NCBI GenBank assembly: GCA_000388065.2
Contig: KB932204.1
Origin: Fonticula alba ATCC 38817
Taxonomy: Eukaryota > Protista > Nucleariida
Reading direction: 5' to 3' (one strand)
Length of the DNA: 53,099 nt
Numbering within the stretch: position 1 is the stretch's first letter; the number at the start of each line of letters is the position of its first letter. The notes beneath the pieces were generated by a model. The model had not been told where the DNA came from. It made no database searches and saw nothing but the letters and a program-made list of their open reading frames with translations. A program made the position numbers and the translations under genes. Below, in pieces: positions 25,001 to 36,399 of the stretch.

Positions 25001-27404
25001 CAGCTGACCGGCCCTTGACACCGTGTGTGTTCGGTGGCCTGGAGCCTGCCGGTGGCCCGGTTGTGTTGGTGTCCTCTCCCTCGCCGCCGGCCTCGGCAGC
25101 CGGCGGGTTCTTCCCCCCCGATGGCCCGTCAGCTGGCAGCCGCGCCGACCTGGCTCCAGGTCTTGTCTTCTGGGAGGAGGACATGGCAGATGGCTCGCGG
25201 GTGGGCGAATCGACCGGGGTCGGCCTCCTGGGAGTGCGGCGCCCTGGTGCTGGTGCCGGTGCGGCTGCTGTGGCGGCCGTGGCCGCGGCCACCGGCGGGG
25301 CTGCCGGCGGTGGCGGCCTCTCTCTGCCGCGGAGCGTGTCGGTCAATGACTTCCGGTCGCAGCAGCACCGGCCCCGGAGTGCCACCTGGTCGCCGCTGTC
25401 CTCGAGACTGGCACCCAGCGGCCTGGCCACCAGTGGTGCCAGCCCGGATGCGGCCCCTGCGCCGGGAAGTGCGCGAGCCAGCCCGGCCCCCGGGGGCGGG
25501 CTCTTCCTGCCGTTGGTAGATCCCGAGGACTCGGGGGCCGGCCTGTCGTTGGGGCGCGGGCCCCTCCCATCGAGCGCTGGCGGCTTCCACCATGGGCACC
25601 CCCACCCGCACCATCATGTGCACCACCATCCGGGCGGTCCCGCGCCGCGGTTCTTGGCCACATTGTCGGATACGCATCACTCCGCCGGAACGCTTGGAAA
25701 TGGCTCGGCACTTGGAAATGGCTCGGCACTTGGAAATGGCTCGGCACTTGGAAATGGCTCGACCTCGGCTGCGGCTGCGGCTGCGGCAGCCGCGGCAGCC
25801 GCTGCTGCCGCCGCCGCCGCTGCCGCCACCGCCGCCGCTGCCAGCCCCATTGGTTCCCCTGCCGCGGATGTTCTATTTGGCCCGCCCTTCCGGTCTTCAC
25901 CGCTGCAACAGGCACCTTTCTCTGTGGCTGCCCTGCCCCTGGGGGACCTGGGCCGGCATGCGGCAGACCTTGGCGCCCCCCTGTCACCGGTCACCTGGGC
26001 CCCGGCAGCCTGGTCGATGGCCAACTCCCCCGTCGCTCCGTCCTTCTTGCCGGCACATGGGCAGATGGCTTCGGCACCGGGGCGGCTGATTCGGCCTCCC
26101 CCAGCGGGTCCCCCCTGTCCCGAGGGACCCGCCTGCCCGGCATGCAATCAGCATGGGTCCACGACTCGTGCGTTGACATGGTTGACACTTGTCCGGGGCC
26201 TTCGAGCCCCATGCCCTTGCTCCCACTTCCCTCACTGACACTTATGACCTCTTCTGCCCTTTCCCCCTTCCTTCCCTGTCTCTTGGTGTTTCCTTTGCCC
26301 CCTCTCCGCTTCTTTGTCCTTGTCTCTTCTCCCGCCGGAATAGTCGCCCCCGACGTGGCGGTGCCGGACTTCATCCGCTCTGATTCAACCGGCGGGTCCC
26401 CCGTCGGGTCGCCGATCGGCTCGGGCGCCATGTCGCCGAGCCACCCGGCGCCCCCGCGCCCGGAGTTGGGTCTCATCTCCGAGAAGGNNNNNNNNNNNNN
26501 NNNNNNNNNNNNNNNNNNNNCCCCTCTCCGCTTCTTTGTCCTTGTCTCTTCTCCCGCCGGAATAGTCGCCCCCGACGTGGCGGTGCCGGACTTCATCCGC
26601 TCTGATTCAACCGGCGGGTCCCCCGTCGGGTCGCCGATCGGCTCGGGCGCCATGTCGCCGAGCCACCCGGCGCCCCCGCGCCCGGAGTTGGGTCTCATCT
26701 CCGAGGATCTGGTCCTCTTCCCGTACCCCCTGCTCTCGCACCAGCAGCCTACCGCCTCGCTTTCCGGGAGCATGGTAGTCGGTGGGAGCCGGCACTCTCC
26801 GGGCCTACCGGCCGTCCTTGGCTCCCCCTCGGGAGTGGGCAGCTCGCCGGGCACGGTTCCGGCACCAACCGCAGCGGCCACTGCAGCGGCGGCGGCGGCA
26901 GCGGCGGCGGCCGCCGCGGCCGCCGCGGCCGCGGCCACCGCCTCTTCTCCCTCCCCAGGGCCAGGTATTGGGGATGTTGACTCGTCGACTGTCAGCAGTG
27001 GCCCGCATTCGCCAGCCGACGGGACGGGTCATTCGTCCACTCTGGCAGCTGGACGAGCACTGCTATCCCCACTCGACCGGATTCTTGGGGGCGGAGATCG
27101 GAAGAGCGTCGTGGCCACCGCCTCTTCTCCCTCCCCCGGGCCAGGTATTGGGGATGTTGACTCGTCGACTGTCAGCAGTGGCCCGCATTCGCCAGCCGAC
27201 GGGACGGGTCATTCGTCCACTCTGGCAGCTGGACGAGCACTGCTATCCCCACTCGACCGGATTCTTGGGGGCGGTCTGTCTCCGCGGAACTTTGGCCTGT
27301 TCTTCTCGGAGCATCCTTCCCTGCTGGGCAGCACCGGTGGCGGCGGGGGGCTGGGGGGCGGCACATGTGGCCCTCCTCCTGCGGCCGATGTTCGGCCAAC
27401 TTAA
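19088..27404 (+). CDS. Large hypothetical multi-pass membrane protein with coiled coil and low-complexity tail (about 2200-2400 aa)
   Basis: A phase-consistent exon chain can be built: 19088-19320, 19452-19642, 19743-20476, 20675-22258, 22410-22493, 22659-23879, 24022-26167, 26344-27404. Four of the seven donors are GTGCGT. It has several long hydrophobic segments, a heptad-rich region at 24022-24720, and a Ser/Pro/Ala-rich tail. I recognise no family. It may have further introns or be two genes. Confidence 0.6.
25693..25761 (+). repeat. Perfect 18-bp coding tandem repeat (CTTGGAAATGGCTCGGCA x about 3.8) encoding LGNGSA repeats
   Basis: Read directly from the sequence. There are no spacers, and a poly-Ala GCN tract follows immediately. 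Confidence 0.95.
26299..26705 (+). repeat. 185-bp duplication flanking N-gap 26488-26520 (probable assembly artefact)
   Basis: 26299-26483 is identical to 26521-26705, with the copies on either side of a 33-N gap. Confidence 0.85.
26933..27274 (+). repeat. In-frame 162-bp direct repeat with 180-bp period (26933-27094 and 27113-27274)
   Basis: The two copies differ at one position that I can see (CCCCAGGG vs CCCCCGGG). Each encodes ATASSPSPGPGIGDVDSS...LDRILGG. Confidence 0.93.
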
Positions 27405-27625
27405 CCTGTACTTTTAGATTTACTTCCCCGTTGTTTCTCCGTCTCTCCCCCCTTTGCTCTCCCGATCACACTGGGTCCCTTCTTCTTCTTCTTCTTCTTC
27501 TTCTTCTCCTCCTCCTCCTGATCTTCTCCCTGATCATTGTTCTCGGGAGCTCTCTCTCGGAGCATTTGCCCCCCTCCCCTCCCTCCTCCTTCTCCCCAAT
27601 GGGACGAGACGCAGGCCACATGTGT

Positions 27626-27656
<31 letters not shown>

Positions 27657-27818
27657 CCCCCCCTTCCTGGCGACATCAGGTGTCGCCAATAATAGATCTT
27701 GTTCCAGCCCATCTGTCTGCGGCATTTGCCTGCACCGGAAAGGTGGCCTTCGTTAGGGGGGCAGGCGGTCGCAAGGCACTGGGGAGATGGGTCGGAGGGA
27801 AATGGGCGTTGTCTAGTA

Positions 27819-28701
27819 TCAGCCACTCGGTGACCCGGAGGACCCGGCAGCCGCTGAGCCACCTATCCGAAGAGAGGGATGATTGGGATTGCTTGCGGCC
27901 TCGCGGATCATCCGCTCGCGGATGGTCGAGTAGGAGGTATAAAAGTGCCGCGGGCTGAAGGGGCGCGGGTCGCCGTCCCCAGCATGGCCATCGGGGCCAC
28001 CGGTCCCGGGGCTGGAGTCGGTGGAGTCAGCCTCGGCAGCGGTCAACAGCATGGCCAACGGGTCATAGCGCATGGGGGTGCCACGCCAGCGCTCGGGAAT
28101 GGGCCCCCGATCAGGCCAGGTGGCACTGGGCCGGTCTACATGGCAGGAGGGGAATTGCACGATGCGGCGGATGCGAGAAACGGGCAGGCGCCCGGGATGG
28201 ACTGGGCCCTGGCGAAAGTCGGCCAATGGCACGGACACCAAAGACCCGTCGGCGACAAGATGCCGGCTCAGGTCTGCCTCGGGCTGGGGAACCAGCCACC
28301 GAAATCGGAAGTGTGCACATGGATGGTGTGGATAGGTGTCCTCCTGGCTGTAGCTCAAGTGTTCCGGAGCAGGGACACATGAGGGCCCGGGGCGGCCGGT
28401 TAGGCCTCGAAGGCAGGGCTCGACCGTCAGCACTCGGGCCAAATATTCATCGGGCTTGCCAATGCCAAAGTCCATGTCGGAATCCCCGGTCGCCGGGGGA
28501 TAGGCCAAAAGAGTGACAATGGCCCCACGTTCTAGGGAGTGGCCGCGCCAGAAGCACAGGCCAGAAGGGCCATCCTGGCAGGAATAGCGAGGAGCCTGCG
28601 AGAATGTGTCAGAGGGAGGGCAGTGCAGGATGGGGTGGGGGTGCGAGAGCATTGTAGGACATTTGCGTGCGCGCGGGTGTGTGTATGTATGTATGTATGT
28701 A

Positions 28702-28752
<51 letters not shown>

Positions 28753-29631
28753 GTAGAGGGGGGGGGACAGAAAAGGTCCAAGGGGGCGTGCCTGGGAGGA
28801 AACTGAGGTTGTAACTGGCCGTCCAGAGGGAAGCAGACCACGAGCGCGACGCGCCAGGACATCTAGGATGTCAGAGCCACACGCGCGTGCTCGAGCCTCG
28901 GCCAGATGATCGGCCGGGGGGACAACAAAGGTCCCTGCTGATGGGTGTTTGGAAACGGCAGCGACAGCAGCAGGAGAAGGAGCAGCAGGAGCAGCAGCAG
29001 CGGCTCCCGAGGTGGGGGCAGCCGTTGTGCCGGTGGAGGCACCGCCAGCGGAGGAGGCGACATTGGCAGCAGGGGCAGAGGTATTGGCACGCCCAGGACG
29101 CGCCCGAGACCCGCGGGCTGACCCGGCACGGGTGGAAGCCGGCGCGCCGGTGGGCCCGTTGGAGCCGGCCGGTCTCTCATCGGTGTCCGGCATGGGGGCA
29201 GAGCGACGCGGGGCAGCCATCGAGGCCACTGGCCCCGCTTGAGAAGCCGAACGTTCGGCCTCCGGATGGGTGCTGGTGCTGGTGGTCGTGACGGCCGCGC
29301 GCGATTGGATGCGCTCGAGGATCAGGGCATTCTTGCGGACAATGCGGCGCCGGCGCTCGAGCTCGCGCTTGCGCTTCTTGCGAAGGAGGATCAGCTCCTG
29401 CTGCTCGGCCGGGGTGAGATCCTTCATGCGGACATTCGGCAAGTCCGAGACGATGACCGAATCCGGGGACAGGAGCTCCAGCGAGTCGGGCGAATCCTCC
29501 CGCGGAGAGGCCGGCGAAGGGGGAGACGGCGCCCGGGCCGCAGGGGGGGCCGGGGGAGGAGGGGGTGGCGCCGGTTGCGCTGACGCCTGGGTGGAGGACC
29601 GGGTCCTCTTCCGCGGCGGAGGGGCTGACAT
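27819..29631 (-). CDS. Putative chromatin protein with C-terminal BAH-like domain resembling GATAD1; 2 exons (29631 to about 28792, 28595-27819)
   Basis: The N-terminal exon has basic NLS-like runs (PPRKRTR, RKKRKRELERRRR). Exon 2 has FWRGHSLERGAIVTLL...YLARVL...FRWLVPQ...DFRQGP. This matches, from my recollection, the GATAD1 C-terminal pattern FYKGVYYQIGDVVSV...YYAQI...LTWLIPT...SYIIGP. Confidence 0.6.
28679..28751. repeat. Compound (GTAT)n(GT)n microsatellite in the intron of the BAH-like gene
   Basis: Read directly. Similar (GT)n, (GA)n and (CTT)n tracts occur at about 5030, 12183-12240, 12646-12720, 15690-15735, 27480-27518, 43310-43350 and 50294-50330. Confidence 0.95.
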
Positions 29632-31122
29632 ATGCACGGGGGCAGGCGAGCGATTCCCTTCTCTGAGTGGGTAGGGCCGGGGGCGGAGGGAGGAATGGAG
29701 CACGGACAGGGGCGCGAGGAGAAAGCACGGGGGGAGGGGAAGGAGAGATGGGTACCGCGGTGCCCAGTGGTGGGCGACTGTGGCGGGGCCGCGGTTTTCT
29801 ACCGACCCAATCGTGGCGGCCCCGCGGCCGTGGCTGCCCTCTGGTGCCGTGCCCGGCCCATCCGCGCCGCGGCCGAGGAGCGGTGAGCCTGTGGGAGGCC
29901 AGGAGGTGAAGGGGTCCGCCGCCGTCCCGGGCTGCCGCACCATCGAGCCCACTGGCGCCGGTCCCCCTGCCTGCTCCATCTGCGGCCGGGGCTCGGCGTT
30001 CTGCAGGGGCGTTATTGGCGATCGCGAGCTGGAGATCAGGCATCACGTGCAAGTCACGCACCGGCCCGGGCCCGGGTCCTTCGGCGTTGGGTTCCCCCCC
30101 TCTCGCCCCCCCCGCCCGCGCTCGCCCGCCGCCCCCAGTGGCCTCTTTGGTGAGTGCGGGCAACTTGGCCCGCAGCCCGAGGAAGGGGGGGGGGGGGGAG
30201 TCTTCTGTCCGGGCGGTGTCCCGCTATTTCCCGGTTGTCGGAGGTGGCTCCGTAGAAGCAGGCCGCCGGGCCCCGAGAAAACTAAAAACCCGGGGCCCAA
30301 GGCCCTGCCCGAGGACCCGGGAGGGCGAAGAGCAGGCAACTGCCCGCGGGCGCGTCTGGGACTGTGCGGCTTCCGGGTCCCCCCCGGCGCTTTTCTCGTC
30401 CTGTGTTTCCCTCGGCGGGCTGGCGGCTAGTCGGTGGGCGTCGACACTTGGTTCGATTGGCAGGTAAATGGGGGGCAGGGCGGGAGTCGGGCCTGGGCCG
30501 GCAGCGAGCAAGGGGCGGGGCGGGGCGGGGCTGCGGACGAGAGGGGCATTCCCCAGCCCCGGGGTTCGCAAGCTCCCCCGAGAGAGGGCAGATTTCCTGT
30601 TGTCATCGGCAGACTTCGCCGGCATTCCGCTTGCTCGCCCCTTGGGCGTCGGGCCTCGACGCGGTCCCCGGAGGGGTGATGCGCGCCGGGGGGAGGAGGC
30701 CGGGGAAAGCCTTTTTCGCCCACCGGACCGCCGTCCTCGCCCTGTTCCAGGCGGCTGAACCATACCCTCCCCTCCTCCCCCTTGGATTTCCTCCCCCGCC
30801 CCCCGCCCTTTTCCTTCCTCCTTTCCCTCCCTCCCCCGCGCCCCCCCCCCCCCTGGTTCTGGGTACGTGGCTCACATGCCTTCCGAGTGGTCCTTTGCAC
30901 TTGTCTCTCCGCTCCCTGCCCTCCCCGGCTTTCTGCCGCGGCAGGCTGCCCAGGGGCACGGACAGCCTGCCTTTTCCTCGGGCCCCCCTTGTGGCTCCGT
31001 CCCGCACCATTGGGTCGCCTTGCTCACCTCTCTCTCTCTCTTTGCCCTTCTTCTCCTCCCCCCCGCCACAGTATCCCTCTGCCGGTGGCCACCGCCTCCC
31101 GCCCCCCGACTCGCCGCGAGAG

Positions 31123-34100
31123 ATGTCTACTACCCTGCGCGGCCTAAACATCTACATCACCGACATCCGGGCCTGCCGGTCTCGAGAGGAGGAGGAGCGT
31201 CGTGTCAACCGCGAGCTCGTCAACATCCGCAACAAGTTCAAGGGTCCGTATGCTGTTTGTGGAGGGCTTTTTTTCCCCCTCCCTCCAATCCCCCCCAGGC
31301 ACTCGCCCCGGTGCACACCTCCACACCAATCCTGATCCTCCCTTTTGCTCTTCAATGTAGATGCCTCCAAGATGTCCTCCTACGACCGGAAGAAGTATGC
31401 TCTGAAGCTGCTGTACACCTACATCCTCGGCTGGGACGTCGACTTTGGCCATATGGAATGCATGCAGCTGATCACCAGCAACAAGTTCCAGGAGAAGCAA
31501 ATTGTGCGCCCCCCCCCCTCCCCCCCTGCAAATGACTGGCCAAATCTGACGGCCCGTTCGCTGCTTTGATGTCGCTCCCGGCGCAGGGCTACCTGGCTGT
31601 GACGTTGCTCCTGTCGGAGAAGAGCGAGCTCGTGCACATGGTGGTCAACTCCATCCGCAACGACTTGACCTCGTCCAATGAAACATATGTCTGCCTGGCA
31701 CTGGCGGCCGTGTCCAACGTCGGCGGCCTGGAAATGGCCGAGGCCCTGCACAAGGACGTCTTTGCTTTGTTGGTGGCGCAGTGCGTGAAAAAACAAACAA
31801 ACAAACAACAGTGCCGGGCCCATTCGATCCATCCGCCCTCTGCTGACCCTTTCCCCTGTGTGTGTGTGCTGGATCATTTGGATGGCGCCGATCAACAGGA
31901 ACACCCGGCTCTCGGTGCGCAAGCGCGCGGCCATCTGCCTGCTGCGGCTGTACAACAAGAACAAGGACGTCATGGCGGCCGCCGAGTGGGCCCCCCAGCT
32001 GGGGGAACTCCTGTCCATCCGGTTCCTGCTCCTGTCCAATGCCCTGCTGAGTCTGCTCCTGTGTCTGGCCCAGGACCACCCGGTGGAGTATCAGTCGGTC
32101 ATGATTCGGGTGGTGGAGATCCTGGGGCATCTGTTGCCGACGGCGGCGCGCAAGGCCGCCCAGAAGGCCTCCTCCGCGGCCCTGGACACGGAGTACTACC
32201 GCGTGCCGAACCCCTGGCTGCAGGTGAAGTGCTTGCGCATGCTGCAGCTGGCACGCGCGCCCCTGCCGGAGGCTCAGCTGGCCGAGGTGGAGCGCATGAT
32301 TGGGGACATCCTGCAGCGGGGCCAGTTTGCGCTGGCGCATTCGAAGAGCGCCAACCAGCTGAACGCCTCGCAGGCATGTGTCCTGGAAGCCATCAACTTG
32401 ACGCTGCACTTCAACTTCGGCGGCGAGCTGCTCCACCGATCGGTGGCGCATCTCGGGTCGCTCATCGGCCAGAGCCAGCCCAACATGAAGTACCTCGGTC
32501 TGGAGGGCATGGCCAATGTGGCCCTCGTGTTGGATGACCTGTCCATGGTGGAGCCCTTTACCCGGGCCATTACATCGGCCCTGCGCGATCGGGATATCAC
32601 CATCCGTCGTTGCGCGCTGGATCTGTTGTACTTCATGTGCAACGACACCACCAGCCGGACGATTGTGCCGGAGTGCGTGTCTCCTGCCTGGCTCATTTCC
32701 CCCCCCACTCCCACGAGTGTACTTCCTGCCAATGCCCCGGCCTACGGCCCTGCTTATTGACCTGTCGCCACTTCCTCGCTCGTACTTCCCCTCCCCCGCC
32801 GTTGTCTCCTCACTCCGGATCCCGATCCAGTCTGCTGGAATACCTCAACATCGCCGATTATGCCCTCCGCGAGGAGCTCGTGCTGAAGATTGCCATCTTG
32901 GCGGAGCGTTTCGCCGCCGACCACTCGTGGTACGTGGATGTCATCCTGCAGCTCATTCAGTATGCCGGCGACCATGTGTCCGAGTCCATCTGGCACCGGG
33001 TGGTGCAGATTGTGTCCACCGAGCCGGACTTCCAGCCGGAGGCCACCTACAAGGTCCTGCAGGTTCGTTTGTCTCTTGGATTTCCTCCCCTCTCCCTCGG
33101 GGGTTTGTCTGGTCCCTTTGCTTCTTGGTGTTCTTCTTCCTTTTTTTTTCCCCCTTTCGGGCCCTTCTTCCGGGCACCCGCGCCGCGCATCTCCCCTCCA
33201 TCCTTCCCTTACCTCTCTTTCCTTCGCCGCCGCCGCCGCCGGATGCTGACTCCACTTTGGACAGTCCCTCAACAAGCCCAGCTGGCATGAGACCACCGTC
33301 AAGATCGGTGGCTACCTGCTTGGTGAGTACGGTGAGCTGATTGCCTCGCGGCCTGACGCCCATCCGCAAATCCAGTTCAACTCGCTGCAGTCAAAGTTCG
33401 GTGCCTGTTCCACCAGCACCAAGGCCCTGCTGCTTAGCTCGTATGTGAAGATGGCCAGCATCTTCCCCGAGCTCCAGCCGGATATCACGGCCATCTTCGA
33501 GTACCATGCCGACGCGCTGGACATGGAGCTGCAGCAGCGCTCGGTCGAGTATCTGGAGCTGGTGCGCCGCGCGGCCCAGGGGGATCCGGCATACCAGGAG
33601 CTGTTGGAGATCATGTGCGAGCCGATGCCCGCTTGGGATCTGTCCAAATTGAATGAGAGTGACCCGTCCGGGCGCCGGGAGTCCACCCTGCTGGACTCGG
33701 ATGCCGGGTTCGGAGCCGGCGGCCTGGCCTCGCCGGCGGGCACTGGGATGCTCAGCAGCCCGGTGTCGGCGACCACCATCGCCCAGCGCCGGTCGACCAT
33801 CCGTCGGACCACCTTGTCGGGGACGATCGCCGCGGCGCTGAATGCCACGACCGGCGGGTCACCGGCGTCGCCGATGCTCCCGACTCCGGTGCCCCTGGCT
33901 GGGCATGGGTCCGGGTCGCCGGTTGTGCCGGCCGCAGCCGGGCCGGCTGGCTCGTCGCCCGGGCCGGCTGCCACCGGCGGCGCAGCCACCTCCAGCCATC
34001 GTCAGTCGCCGGTGGTGGATCTTCTGGATTTGGACTTTGGCCAGTCCTCGGCCCTGGGCACCGGGCCCGGGGCCATCCAGTTGTCGGCTCCGCCGGCCGG

Positions 34101-35067
34101 GACCGGGGTGGCTGCCACCGCGGCCACTGTGGCCCAGGTGGGCTTCTCGGAGTTCGGGCAGCTGGGACAGCCGACGGCAGCGGCCGAGTCGGCCTTCGGC
34201 CGTCTGCTTGGCCAGCAGCAGGGCGTCCTCTTTGAGGATGACCTGCTGCGCGTGGGCCTGAAGGTGGAGTTCCATGGCAGTCGCGGCCGGCTGCGGCTGT
34301 TCTTCGCCAATCAGCAGGCTTCCCCCGGGGCCGGGAGGGGCCCGGCCTCGGCGCTGGCCATCCGGGCTCTTGTTGAGCCGGATTTCCTGGTTCAGTCCAT
34401 CGGAACATCGGTGTCCAGCCGGGGCCTGAGTGTGGAAGTGCACCAGCCCCTGCCGGGGGTGGTGGAGCAGCAGGACCAGCTGGTGCTTCTGTGCCAGTGT
34501 GAGCGGCCGGACTTTGCCACGGCGCCGACCCTGCTGCTGGCGTATGCCCCGTGCGCGGTGGCCGGTGGCGCGGCGGCCCCGCTGCTGGCGCCCATGCGCC
34601 GGGTGCTGCTGCGCCTGCCGATCGGGCTGACTTGCTTCCCCTCGCCGCTGCCGGCCAACTCCATGAGCTCGGAGGTTTTCTGGGGCCGGTGGGCCAGCCT
34701 GCTGGCGGCCGGCACGGCCAACGAGGCCACTGCCAGCTTCTCCGTCGGGCAGGGTCTGACGCCCGAGGCTTTGCGCGCGCTCATCGGCCAGATGGGCTTC
34801 TCCCTCATGGCCGGTGTGGAGCAGGCGGCCGACAACACGGCCGCGGCCATCATCGTGTCCTTTGCGCAGACGGCCCCGGGAAGCCCGGCCGCCACGCCGA
34901 TGTCCACGGGCGGAGCCGCAGCCGGGGTTGGTGCCAAGGTGGGTGTCCTCCTCCGGGTGGAGTTCAACCGCCTTGGCCACAGCGTGGCCTTGCATGTCCG
35001 CTCGCCGAACCCCCTTGTGTCGCGGACGGTCATGGGCCTGCTTCAGCGGCGCATTCTCTCTTCCTAA
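31123..35067 (+). CDS. AP2A: AP-2 complex subunit alpha (alpha-adaptin), 6 exons (31123-31243, 31361-31503, 31587-31780, 31899-32672, 32831-33062, 33265-35067)
   Basis: Motifs include LRGLNIYITDIRACRSREEEERRVNRELVNIRNKF, RKKYALKL...DVDFGHME...EKQIGYL, NPWLQVK, LLEYLNIADYALREELVLKIAILAE and HETTVKIGGYLLGEYG. The ear domain reads GVLFEDDLLRVGLKVEF and GVLLRVEFN. All introns are GT-AG and in phase. Confidence 0.97.
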
Positions 35068-36399
35068 TGCAATGGCGCCGCTCTGGGAGAGCCGCAAAGG
35101 GGAGCTGCGACGGGAAGGCCGTCCTGCCTTGCTGGTGCCGGTGCCGGTGCTGTCAGCCTGTCACAGAGCCGGCGCCGCGGCGCCGGCCGCGACCACACCG
35201 TATCCCGACCACCACCACCATCGCGACAGTCTCCCGGCTCTCGAGTTCCCTCTGGGTGCGGGACGACCTTACCAGGGGGCAAGCCAGTTCCTACCCCCCC
35301 CCCCCCCCCCCCCCTCCTCCCTGCGCTCCCTGGTCGGGGGCTTGGCCCTCCTCTTCCCTTTTATTTGGGGCCCTCCTTCTGAGGGCATGTTCCTTTGGTG
35401 TGGGCTCCCTCCCGGCTCACCTTGCCATTGCTCCTCTTTCTCTGCGCCGGAGGGTGGATTGTTGTTGATGCGACAATACAGATGCCACTCTCTCCCCCTC
35501 TTTTTTTTCTCTCTCCCCCTCTTTTTTTTCTCTCTCTCTCTCTCTCCCCTCCCTCTCTCTCTCCCCTCCCTTCTCCCCTCCCTCTCTTTCTCCCCCTCCC
35601 CTGGAGAGCCCGTCGCTGGCCTCCCCTTTGCCGGTGACCTGTGGACTGCTGCTCCTGTCCTTTGATCATGGAAAAAGGAAGTATATTCTCAAGGACGGGC
35701 AGGAGGTCAGCAGAGCCTCCTCAACTGCCTGATGTGTGTGTGTGTGTCTGCATGCATGCATACTTTGGGGGGCGAATTGATCTGTGGGTGGGGGGAGGTG
35801 CCGGGACTTGCTCTTCCTTCTTTATCTCTCTCTCTCTCTCTGACCTTCTCGTTCTTCGTTCTTGCCTGGGGCGCTCTCCCTGTGTGTCTCCCAGCAGCAG
35901 GGCACACGCCTGGCAGGCTTGCGCCCGCCTGGCTGGCGGCACTGCTAGAGTGTGGGCCCCGGGCCGGAGGCCGCCTCTCTGCGGGAATCACACCAGGCAA
36001 GAGCGACGCAGGGGCGGCTGCCCTCATGAGCAAAGGCCCGCTGACCGAGGCGCTCGCCCCAGTTGGGCCCGGCCTCCAGAAAGAGCGCACTGACCAGACG
36101 GCTGTCCGGCTCGCGCTGGGAGTCACTGGGCCGCCGGCCTGGTGGCGTGGATGACGAGACGGCCGCCTCAGCCATGCGCGTACCTGTGTTCGTTTGCCTT
36201 TCGGTGCCCGGCTCGGGATCCTGGCCGGGTTCACTTGGCCAGGGGGTGCTCGGAGCAATCCGGGCGCCCTGCTGGCTGCCATCCGGGGTGTACACCGGCC
36301 GCGGGGGCGGCGGCACATGGGGATCTCGCCGATTGGGGTCATGCCGCCACCGGTTGATGTTGGCCGTGATCTGGCGCGAGGGAAAGCCAACGGGATGCA

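Noticed and set aside
23196-25430. 744-aa minus-strand ORF and similar long shadow ORFs (20242-20982, 33859-35097, 43688-45610 etc.)
   Set aside because: They lie antisense to well-supported exons. High GC suppresses stop codons and the translations are low-complexity with no motifs.
25693-25761. 18-bp repeats as a CRISPR array
   Set aside because: There are no spacers, the repeats are in frame within a eukaryotic exon, and no cas genes are present.
26299-26705. 185-bp tandem duplication as a biological repeat
   Set aside because: The identical copies directly flank a short N-gap, the usual signature of unmerged overlapping contig ends.
28346-28420. tRNA-like start GGCTGTAGCTCAAGTG
   Set aside because: I found no T-loop (GTTCRA), anticodon arm or acceptor-stem partner, and it lies antisense within a coding exon.
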